DNA of 64,000 nt from Centruroides vittatus (lineage: Eukaryota): contig NW_027122668.1 of assembly GCF_030686945.1 (NCBI RefSeq), positions 188,099 to 252,098 of the forward strand, read 5' to 3'. A program made the position numbers and the translations under genes. Under the pieces are notes generated by a model. It did not search any database. It saw only the letters and a list, made by a program, of their open reading frames with translations, and was not told the DNA's origin. Every line of letters begins with the position of its first letter. Position 1 is the stretch's first letter. This document shows, piece after piece, positions 26,172 to 37,082 of the stretch.

Positions 26172-26639
26172 GTTTAGAATGTAATTTAAACAGGAACTAA
26201 TCATCATTGGGTGCTAATTTGAGCTTTATAACTAAAACCAAAAAAATGTAAAACATTTCAAAATCTCAAGTAATCAGTTATACAAATATATATAGTTTAT
26301 TTGTTTTAAGATAATATTGTAATCAGGTTAGGTGTTTTGCCAAAACTACAAGCAACTTAAAAATGCTTAGTTACAAAACTGGAGTGTTCAGAATTGTATT
26401 GCATGTGTACCACCTTCTAGTGTTTATCAATTCTACAAATATAAGTTTTACATTATTTATTTTAATTGCATTTATATTTGCGTTATCTTTTGAGCAGAAT
26501 ATTAGCAACACAGTTACATTTAATTATTGAACTACAGAGTGATTCAGAAGTCTTTGTACAAAGGTAAAGGGATCACTTTATCATGTAGTCACTTATAAAT
26601 CATAGAATATGTGACTGCTATTTAAGTGATTGCATATAC

Positions 26640-26828
26640 CAGAGGTGGGCAAGCAAGAGTTCAGTGGGAGCCGAAATGTAGGTTTTGCAAAATGCATGGG
26701 AGCCACAGTTCTGTACTGTCATGGCGGATAGTATGGTAAGGCTGGAAAGGATAGTACTTTCAGGAAGAGCCACACATAACTCAAAAAGAGCCGCATGTGG
26801 CTTTTGGAGCCGCATTTGCCCATGCCTG
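26640..26828. mobile_element. hAT-type MITE (189 bp), TIR CAGAGGTGGGCAAGC / CAGGCATGGGCAAATG, 8-bp TSD GCATATAC
   Basis: An identical 'gcatatac' lies at 26632-26639 and 26829-26836. The internal near-palindrome 'gagccgcatgtggcttttggagccgcat' is read directly. Confidence 0.65.
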
Positions 26829-27827
26829 GCATATACGAATGCTTTCCGGCACTCAAAGCAAATGCATGTTACCTTTGGTTCTTACCTGAAAATTTCTTGA
26901 AAATTTCGGACTTTGTTAACCTGTGGTTAATAAAATCAAGGTTAGTAAGAGAAATTTAGTAAGAACCAGTAAGTAAGTAAGAGAATAACTGAAAATAGCA
27001 TGCATGAAAAATTCTCATTTGTGCCAGTAAAAGAGTTAACATAACTGATGTTAGAGTTACATATATTAAAGTATGTTCCTTCAGGTGGTCTGTGTTTTGT
27101 ATGGAGATTTTTGACTCGTTATAAACAAGCAGATAAATTATAGCTGAGTCCTGAATTATCTTTTTAGTAAATAAATTAGTCTATGTACTAAGTTATTTAG
27201 ATACATTTTTAAAAAAAATTAGTTTTCTATTTCTTTTATGCTGAATGTTCAAAACATTAAAAAATAAAAGAAATTATTTTTAAAGTCAAATTTGAAATGC
27301 TAATTTATATAGAGATTACATGCCAGCTTAAGCTAAGTATAATTTGCATACAACATAAATTTTCATATACATTTTCATGCCGAGAAAAAGACTCTTGATC
27401 TTCTGAATTATGTAATTTTTTTCATTTAATAATTTAAAGGAAAATGTAATAAAGTAAAATCTTTAAACATATTTTTACTAAATTAAATTTATTATTATTC
27501 CTTCTCATGCTTTTAATGCATTTAACAAGTTAAAACTTTTAAAATGTATTAGAAAATAATTTTTGCATTGAATTTTACTTTATATAATTAGTTTTAATAT
27601 GTCTACTCTTAATATTTTTAGAGGTTTAAAACTAGCATTTTTAACATCTAAATTTGTGAATAAGATTTAAAAATTTAAACTAATTTTCATTAATTTTATT
27701 TGTGGATCAAATTTTATATTGATTTTCTCTTGTGATTCGCAATTTATTTACATGAATTAATCTTTTACTTCTATAATTATGTTTAATGTAGTATAATATC
27801 CAAAACTATAGATGTATAATCTTTCAG

Positions 27828-28360
27828 TGCCACCACATCTGGGTACGTCAACTGCAGTGCCGTCACATACTATACCCGTTAACAGTGTACCACAAGGGTC
27901 GGTGGGATCACACTCTAATGCTTCGACTCCTCACTCTCACGCATCGTCTCCTGTAAATCAGCCGCCGTCAAACGGAACCCACATTACTCCTGCTCACACT
28001 CCTACCCCGACTGGACATCCCGGACCGGCTCTCACCCCTCAGCCGATCGTGTATCACGGACTCATACAACATTCTCTTCAGTCCGGCACTAATGTTCTTA
28101 ATTCTACAACCTCCCTGAATAATCACATAGCTCACTTTAATCAACATTCCCATAATAACCATCCTAATTACGAGGCACCGTCACACCCATTGGTGTTCGT
28201 GCCCAACAATTTCATCCGGTATTTCAGAGTTATCCTATCCACGGCCAGAATCCCGGCAACCATACAACTACACCCACCCAGATAATACCGCATAGCGTCA
28301 TTCACTCTAATGCCATTTCTACATCAATGGCAAGTGCTCCTTTTATACCGAATCATCAAG
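27828..28360 (+). CDS. Large exon of the same host gene (Pro/His/Ser/Thr/Asn-rich low-complexity region); the 3' boundary is ambiguous: either a stop at 28283-28285 or, after a +1 shift near 28215, continuation to the donor at 28361
   Basis: Acceptor 'taatctttcag|tgcc' completes phase 1 from the previous exon (a + tg = ATG codon). The frame '...PPHLGTSTAVPSHTIPVNSVPQGSVGSHSNASTPHSHASSPVNQPPSNGTHITPAHTPTPTGHPGPALTPQPIVYHGLIQHSLQSGTNVLNSTTSLNNHIAHFNQHSHNNHPNYEAPSHPLVFVPNNF...' is open. Third-codon positions are C-rich, unlike the surroundings. A GTATGT donor follows 'aatcatcaag' in the +1 frame. Confidence 0.45.
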
Positions 28361-29439
28361 GTATGTAAATTTCTTATATAAAATGAGGCATGCCTTAATA
28401 TTTTTAATGTTTATTTTAGCTTAATTTTAATAATAGCCGAAAATGTCGAGCGATCGATTAATGTCCGGATAAAATATTCGGACATTTTAAGTAAAAGCAC
28501 GTGCATAAAAGAGATAAAATATTAATTGTTTTAAGATTTTATTTTATAAGCAATGTGTCGTGAAAAACAATTGATTAAGGTAATGGTTATAAAGTAACTG
28601 TCATTTTTTATGTAAATTGTAATACACTGTCTTCCAAAAAGAATGCTACCATTTTAAATTATTGTAATTATGTTAATTATTATCCGAGAATGTTGTAATG
28701 CACACTCAGTTTCTGTGAGTGTGCATTACAACATTTCGTTTATTGAAAAAACAAACATTTTCTTTATTTATTTCAAAAAACTTTCAGACATTTTTGTCGG
28801 GTTGTTATACATTTCCGTCAACGAATATCTCTGAAAATTATGGAAAATGTTTGTTTTTTTCAATAAACGATCCTTTAGGAACCAGTACGGAAGTTGTCTG
28901 CGAGTGTTTATTTTACAGCTTTTGCAGTGTTTTTAGTTTTAATGTACAGTACATTGGAAAACTAATGTAAAAATGATCTTATCGTACATTAGCAAATAAT
29001 TTCAATATACAAACGTTTTCAACCCATTAATAGCTTATATCAGTTGAGGTATTCATGTCTTCTATTTATAGAATATATGAGTTCTAACGTGATTGTTACA
29101 AAATTCAAACTGTGGAATGATTTTGAAATTTACTAGCATGTTCTGTACAAAATTAACATATTGTATAATGATGTGTGATTTGGTAAAAAATTCAAAATTC
29201 CATTTTCCTGAGTTGTTCTCAAGTGGCCATACAAATATTTCTAGGTGGGTGATAACTTCTCATTGTCATTGAAATTGAAGCATTCTCTATTTGCCACCTT
29301 TAATATTTCCTTGGTCTCAAGGGATCTGGCTTGATGTGTGTGGAGGGTATGAGAGGGTAAAGAAAGAGAGTGGGAAAAGTGGTATGAAAAGCTTGAGACC
29401 AAGGAAGGAGAGAAGACTATATATAAAATAGCAAGAAAC

Positions 29440-30000
29440 AGAGCGAGTGCTAGAAGGGATATGTGAGTTTGCCGACAGGGTGCCGACTATGTCAAGAAGG
29501 TCGAGCGGTCGCGAAGTGTCGTATGTGGGCGATCGGCACTGAGACAGACTCTACGGTTACAAGAAACCGTTTATTTGACACGAAAGAAGCTTACAAGATT
29601 TCCGCGATCTTGGAAGTTCTAGGTCGGCAGCAGCCTCTGGGTCTTCCTCTCCTTTCGAATATAGTCTCATTTTGAAGGAGTGTCCCTAGGTCGCGAATGG
29701 CCAGTTCCCTCGACGACTCCGCGACTCCAGGACGATGCGGTCGACTTCCGTTGATGGAAAGATGTCGATCCGAGGTCGGGAGACGGAGACGAAGATGGGC
29801 ACCAGACACACACACAACAATAGATCCGTCACTTGGAACTTTCGGGAGAAGAAGCCCTCACGTCCTTGAATTCTCAGGTTTTATCTGTTTTCCTCCGATT
29901 CCGCTTTCCGATTGGTCTCTTCTCGTCACCCGGTGACAATTCGAAACCTTTCGGGGGCGCGGGAGAGGTCAAAATCGAAGTTTAATTCGATTCCCACTCG
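29440..30000 (+). repeat. Copy 1 of an unclassified GC-rich dispersed repeat family (second diverged copy at 48130-48590)
   Basis: Shared blocks include 'gtatgtgggcg', 'aaaccgtttatttgRcac', 'gcttaca', 'ttccgattggtctct' and 'cgggggcgcgggagaggtc ~ cgggtcgcgggaaaggtc', all in the same order. ORFs on both strands here are probably GC-driven artefacts. Confidence 0.4.
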
Positions 30001-33000
30001 GAGATAGACGATCTACGTTTCCCCATTGTTCTATTGTTTAAAAGTTCGCGTCGTTTTCTTTAAGAAAAACTATTTCTAACTTCTATTTTTTTTCCTCTAA
30101 AAAAATAATTTTTTTCTAAAAATAAATGATTTTAACGCGAATTTCAGTGAGGTTCGGACCTATCCAGAGCCTCACAGAGCTTCCCGCCAATTTAAAATGT
30201 CATAACGGAATAACGACATTTTAGCTGGCAGCTCTGAAAGCTGACAGTCCTTTCTCCCTTTGTTTGCTAAGTGACGTAACAGAGATACTTGTCTGAGAAT
30301 CCAGCCTTCTCTGGCGCGCGTTCGGTTTCGCGTTACAACAAAGTTTTTTTTTTCGATACATTATTGAATGGTATAGAATATCGTTTACAATTCATCGAAA
30401 TGTTTGTGTAACATCACATGTCTGTTTATAAGATTGGTTACAAATAATCAAATAACAATCACGGTCATCGAATAATATTTTAACAACATAAATGATCGAC
30501 AAACTATTTTCTAAAACATGTGAGTTTTTTTTTTTTTTTTCGTTTTCAGACTGAGCAATTCACACAATCTCAAAATTTTCAGAAAATGGTCTGAAACGGA
30601 GGGGGGGAGGAATGGAATGTATTCGTGTTACCTTCCTAATTTTTCGGAACATCTGATTCGGAAATCTGATAACAGGTTCAACGTTTAGTTTGATTGGCCT
30701 GTTTCAATCAGAATTGGAACTTGGGAACTTCATAGCCATTTCCGGTGCACGTGTAGTGCGGAGTTCTCTGGATCTAAGTTGAAGACACGTGCTTTTCGAA
30801 GTTATGCATCTAGTTCCGTTCCAAGTTTTCTGAAAAACTTCGTCTTTACCATGGGGGTCGAATCTTTTCCATTTTTTTTTTTTTTTTGTACTGGACCGAA
30901 AGAGGATCATGAAGCATTGACGGTGTGCAGTTGTGATCTTGCCAATGTCTTTACGGCCATAACTTCCGGATGTCAGTCTCTTGAACCAGTGACAGTTTTC
31001 TATCATCGGTTTTCCGACGCAGATTACCGCTAATCAAGGTCACGCAGTTCAGAGTGTTGTTCCGTAACTTCCGTTTGATCTGGTCAGAGTCTATTCGCAG
31101 TCTCAACTGTGACAGGTATGATCAATCATCATGTACACAAAAAAGGAAAAAATTTTCTGACATTTTGACTATATAAATTACTCAATCTATAACAGAAGTT
31201 TTCATCAATGTTTTGGTCGCGACAAAATTGTTTTCCGATGAGCGTGAATCAAATAGAAGATTATCGTTAAGTTTTCTCGAGAGTGATCAAATCCTCATTC
31301 TCTCTAGGACGGCCAAAGTGACAATTTTCTGTCATCTATCCTAAGTATGAGAAAATTTTGGAAAGGCGTTGACCAAGGAGATAAGTCGCTTCCCCGACAT
31401 GACTCTCTTCCCTTGACCAGTGTAGGCTCAATCGTGAGCGCTTCGTAAGGGATGGACAGAACAGTTTACACGAAACAAAAACAATACTATGGCTCCCTTT
31501 CGAAATGCACCACGCTCACATTGACTTGAATTCCGATTCGCGACAATTTTAACATTTAAGCACGTTTTTTGCATACATTTTTTTTCAGCGACAATTTTTA
31601 TTTTCAGAAAACGTGAATTCAATTAAAATTAACATTCGCTTTTGTTTTTATGATGATCTCTCCTCTCCAGAATGAAAGTTCATCATTCACAGTTCGCAAA
31701 ACCGGACCGATAGAAAATAGAGAGTAGGATACCGTAATCGCTTATAATCTTGACCTTAGGTTAAAGTTGCTATATTTTTTTTGCAATTGACAATCTGCTT
31801 GCTTTGCGTCTACCTTGGGACTGAGAAAAGCTAAGCATCTAGTTGCGGTCGCATTGGCCTGTTTCCGGGCTAATACTGTCAGAAAATCCTCTACATAAAG
31901 TGCCTGTTCTAAATTTCAATCAACTTCGGATTCGATTTGCCTATTCTGCGATTGATGAAAGAGTATCTACTGAAATAATTAGCCTATATCGCAATGAATA
32001 CGATGGATTTATAATCGGAACCTGCAACGCATTGGCCTCGATCTCCACTCGACTAGAGATGGCAGAGGGACGTTCTTTTCTCCGTACCAATCGGGCGACA
32101 GTGGTTGCATGTTATGAGGTTGTGAAAAGCATTGCAGCGAATTCGGATAGGGGTGTGCGTTTCCTACTTCGCTATTCCCTCGTTCCATGGGTTGTCCTGT
32201 TTGTTTATTCTGAATATTATCTTTGCGCACCAGTTATCTGTACTGACAATGTTCGATTATCTAACAATTTTTCCTAAAGGGATCCTGTTCAGAGGGATCC
32301 TACCTTTCTCTACTGCTTGTCTCCTCTCCCTCCTTCTTCCCTCCCCCTTTTCCTTACCCTCTTTTTTGCCAGCTAAACACTTCGTGTACGGCCAATGTCT
32401 TTCTTGTATGTATATTTGGTGGAGTCTTTGATTGTACTACACATTTGGATTTATCTGCATTTTGGTGGCTCTTAGAATTTTTTAGGAGTATGTTCATTTG
32501 CTTTACATGCATACACAAGCACCTATCTGTGTACCATCTTTCTACAATATCCATGCTTCAGTATGTTTTTTTGATGTGTTTTAATTCATCCAATGTATCA
32601 AGGATGTTTGAGCAGTGTTTGAACACTCATCTTTAGTTAGAGCCCTGAATGCCACCTCGTTGTAATTTTAAGGATTGCTGAGGAATCCAAAATAAATAAT
32701 GGTCAGTGTTCTGGTTTATAATTTATCCTAGTTTCGATGTGACCACCTTCGAATTGTACGTTCAGGTCTAAAAAGTGCAGAGGTATTGCTGAACTGTTTA
32801 AGAGTGGGCCCTTATGTATTGTTGTTGATATGTTCTAAAAAGATGTTAATGTCTGGTTTTGATTTCCAAATGATGAGGATGTCTTCAATATACCTTGCAT
32901 AAAATATGATATTTGGGAGAAAAAAACAGGTAATAACTTTTTGTAGCATATAAGCAACCAGTTCACATATCTGCTGAAAGGGGGCTTACCATTGGTATCC

Positions 33001-35749
33001 CCTGCACTGCAGGTAAAAGATATTATTGAATTTGAAACATGAAGAATAGCATGTATACTAGCTCTAATACCTGACTGTAGAGGTGTGGACCATTCACAGT
33101 TTCAAACAACCAATCCTGTAAGGTACAAAAGCAAGGTTGTGAAGAAATGAAGATATAAAGAAACAAAGTCCAATACAGTCGTATGTTCATTGTTAAATAA
33201 CATAATGTAATGTAATCTCTTCACTAGCTTCCATGAGTCTTTTTAATAGAAAATTCTGTCTCTCTCTCTCCAATAAATGGTTCAGTGGTCTCTCTTTGTC
33301 TATTATAAATCTTGGTAGGGTGCCTAGTACGTTCATTTTCACAAAAACAAAAAGCCTGAATGTGTCTGGAGATTTAACCCACTGCTCTAAATGTAATGTT
33401 TTAGCTATCAAAATACATGCAAATGGAGTATTTAATTAAAAACAATTTTGTAATAGAACATACAAATACATTGATCTAATGACATTGTCACTCCTTACAC
33501 AGCAGCTATAATTCTACAGCTTCTCCAGTTCCTCCAAATTACTCATGTTATGCAATTACGAGTGATTCCTACTTTTAAATTGCAGAAGACAAAATTTCTT
33601 TTCTATGGCAATTTGCCATTTTCATTTACAAAACTTAAAGATAGTAGAAAACAAGATATTTGAAGGCAGATGAGAGATTAAACTCTGATGGTTACTCTAT
33701 CAATTGGTGTAAATTGCATACCTCTCAGATGATAATTAATATAATTACAATAAAATATAAAAAAACATTTGCACAATTGGAAGAAATGATAAATGTCTTC
33801 TTCTTTTGTCTTTTTCAATATCTCAAGAATGTTTATGGCAGAGTCAACCTTTTATTTGAGGTTACTCATCTGTCTCAATATTCAAAAATGTTAAAAATAT
33901 CATGACAACGGCACAACCATAAATGTATAGTATAAAATGTCAACTCCACTGTAAAATCTGTTGTTCCCGAGATGTTGAAAAGGACAAAATTTCAAGATAT
34001 TTGTCATTTCTTCCAATTTTGTGAATATATTTTTATATTTTATTATTCTCCTGGCCATTTACTTATTAGATAATTATAATAATTTGAAATGGTAACATTA
34101 CTAAATTATTTTTACAGATAAAATTATCTATCTTTTGCAACATACACATTTGTTCACAAACAAATGTGTATCAGTGCAGACATATCCATTCATAACACTC
34201 ACAATATGCAAAATACTTACCGTGAAAAATGTGTAACTAACTTATATAAAATGAGCAAAAATTATTGTAAAACCATCACAGCAATTTCTAATCTTATTTT
34301 TAATTTAAAATATATGCTACAGATTTTACCCCTGTGCATCATACCGTTCCTGACAACTACAGAGTCATGCCTGTCATCTATCTAACTCCGTTGTGGAGAA
34401 AATGTTTGAATTGATATCACGTAACGTCTTATTCATACTGGAAGTTCGTATATAGTTAATTAATTAATCGTATATAGTACTCAATTAACTATATAAGAAC
34501 TTCGAGACCAGACAAGGAAAGCTCAGGGGGCAGGAGGCCCTAAGCTTCCTTTGTCTGGTCTGAGCTTTCATCTGTTTGTTCCAAGATTAAAGAAGGATGG
34601 ACAAACAGATGCCAGTGCGAATTATAAGTCTGCAATTTGAAAATTGCAATCCAACTCGGTTAGCGTGCACAGAAAATGCACCTATGGTGCCTAGATTCTG
34701 CTCTTCCACATGTTCTACATACACAAGACGAAAGTCTAGTAATATTAGTCACACTATAGAAAGCGGTAACATTAAATATATGCCACTTTAAAACTTTTTA
34801 AACTTGTATACCCTTAAAGATACTTAATAATTATAGTAATTTGTTGTAGCTGTCTTCATAAATATTTTAATTTATTAACATTAAAAGATTATTTATCTTT
34901 AAAATTAATTAATACTATAAAATTATTATTTACAGGTAACAACGCTTGAGGATCAAAGAATATTAGAAGAAATAATAGCTAAACTAACTTATAAAAAAAT
35001 ATATAGAAAGTTATTCTTGGATATGATCATTTCAGAATTCCACATCGTCATTCTTCGCTCTATACTTCTGCAAAAATTCAGATCCATTCGAAATTTTAAT
35101 AGTCAGATTAATATATACATGGATCTAAGCAATATATACATATAAATATATATCTATACTAATCTTATATGTCTTAAAAATTATTTTAAATTCCTTTTTT
35201 TTGCTTTGTGGTATTTTTCTGAAAGATAATTACATTATTCTGACTCTTCATTAACTAACAGTGACATGCCGTGACATTTGATGATAGGGAAGCTGTGTTT
35301 CTGTAAGAAGCCGACTTCCAGGGGCAATCAGTTAGTTGCGTGTCAGTGATGGTCTAGGGTAGTGTTCCGCAAACTTTTTGTGTTCAAGGTACACCTACCA
35401 AATCAAGAAATTTTAGAGGTACACCAAAGGAAAAACCAATGTTTATTTAATATTTATTTATTATAAAAATCAGTACAATGTTTAATGAGAAATGTGAGCC
35501 TGCTTAACTGAGCACAGGCGATCAAAATTTGGAACAATCGTTGATAAGGCTGCTCTCATCTCTTGGTCGATCGTCCTCAAGCGTTCTCTTTTTCTTGATT
35601 TAATCGTAGTGAGAGTTGAAAACCCCAATTCGCATAAGTAGGTCGTTTAATAATAAAATTTTATGTAATCTCTTTTTTACATAAATTACATAAAATTTTC
35701 TCACCTCTCAGCTCGAGAATAACGTGTGGCACAGAATATCAGAGATGTG

Positions 35750-37015
35750 GTTAATGAGATACAAGATCTAATTTTAATGGACGATGAAGTTGAACTGTAA
35801 TGGACTACGAAAGCTTATACCCCTCTATAAAAATTGAATCATGCAAGGTAGCGCTTTTAGATTTCATGCACAGCAAGAGCCCAGATTTGGCAAATTACAA
35901 TAATGATTTGATAGAACTAGCTAACCTTATCTGCTATGAATATTTTTTTGCCTTTAATGGCCGTCAATACAAACAAAAAAGGGGATTCCCAATGGGAAAT
36001 CCCATGTCAGGATTGTTGTGTGAACTTGTATTGAGAAAGTTAGAAAAAAGTGTTCTTTGTGGATTCATGAATGACATGGTGTATTTTAAAAGATACTTAG
36101 ACGATGTCTTTGTAATATGGAAGAATGACCAAAAAATCGAGGAATTTATTAATAAGATCAACAACAACGATGACGGCCTCATGCTAAAGATTGAACAAGT
36201 GTTCCTCACGGATACATTTTTTAGACATTGACATTGAATTCAAGGAAGGACATTTGGTCACTAAGGTGTACGTAAAACCGACGCATAGCCCTCTGTACAT
36301 TCCGTCCCACTCGAATGATCCTTACCAATGGCTGCCTTCCGTGCCCTCGTTCAAAGGGCTTTTCTCTATTGCAGTAATGTGGTGGATAGGCAAAAAGAAA
36401 TCTACAGGATATCACATATCGCTAGAACTCTAGGGTACAGAGCGGATATGATAACAGCACTAATCAAAAACTACAAGATAAACAAAACAAAGGCTCAAAG
36501 CGGGGATTTCGGCAAAGTCACAAAGTTCACGTATGATAGAAAGAAAAAAGCTATCATGAAGGAAATCTCAGCCCGCAAAAAGTTCAAATTAGTTTTCAAG
36601 AGAGCTCCCAACCTGTACAAATTATTAAGGAACGACAAAGACAACATTGATAAAGAAAGAAGAGCTGGAGTATACAAAAAAAATAAATTGAAAACCAGGA
36701 ACTAGGCATTAATAGAAATTACATTGGTATCACTAATAGAAACTTAGGAGTCAGATTAAGAGAACACAAGTACAATATCGGCAAAAGGTCTGACGCCACA
36801 ATACTATCGCAGATGGCGCAGGTTGAGGGCTCAGTAGTCAAATGGAACGAAGCAAGTATTATTAAACCTGTACATTCACCGACGTTAGCGATTAGCGCCG
36901 AAAAAATTGAAATATTTAAGAGCAGATTGCATGATACCTGCATTAATGCTAGGGATGCTGAAGGGTTGCCTTCAGCCTGGAAATACTTAATTAAAAGATT
37001 AGAGAGCTCTTAATT
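35750..37015 (+). mobile_element. Penelope-like element (PLE), copy 1: 5'-truncated RT plus GIY-YIG endonuclease, degraded by frameshifts
   Basis: RT motifs 'YKQKRGFPMGNPMSGLLCELVL' and 'YLDDVFVIW'. GIY-YIG: 'AGVYKK...YIGITNRNLGVRLREHKYNIGK' and C-terminal 'SAWKYLIKRLESS'. The pieces are spread over ORFs 35800-36231, 36191-36433, 36328-36705 and 36813-37013. About 60% amino-acid identity to copy 2 at 45072-46175. Confidence 0.8.
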
Positions 37016-37082
37016 TAATGCCTTGAATTTGTTATCTTTGCATATCTTGCATTTCTTCGAGTTGCATATAATATATTATTAT

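Noticed and set aside
29591-29936. Overlapping ORFs on both strands in a GC-rich island
   Set aside because: Stop-codon depletion is expected in GC-rich repeat sequence. There are no motifs, and the second repeat copy at 48130-48590 does not preserve them.
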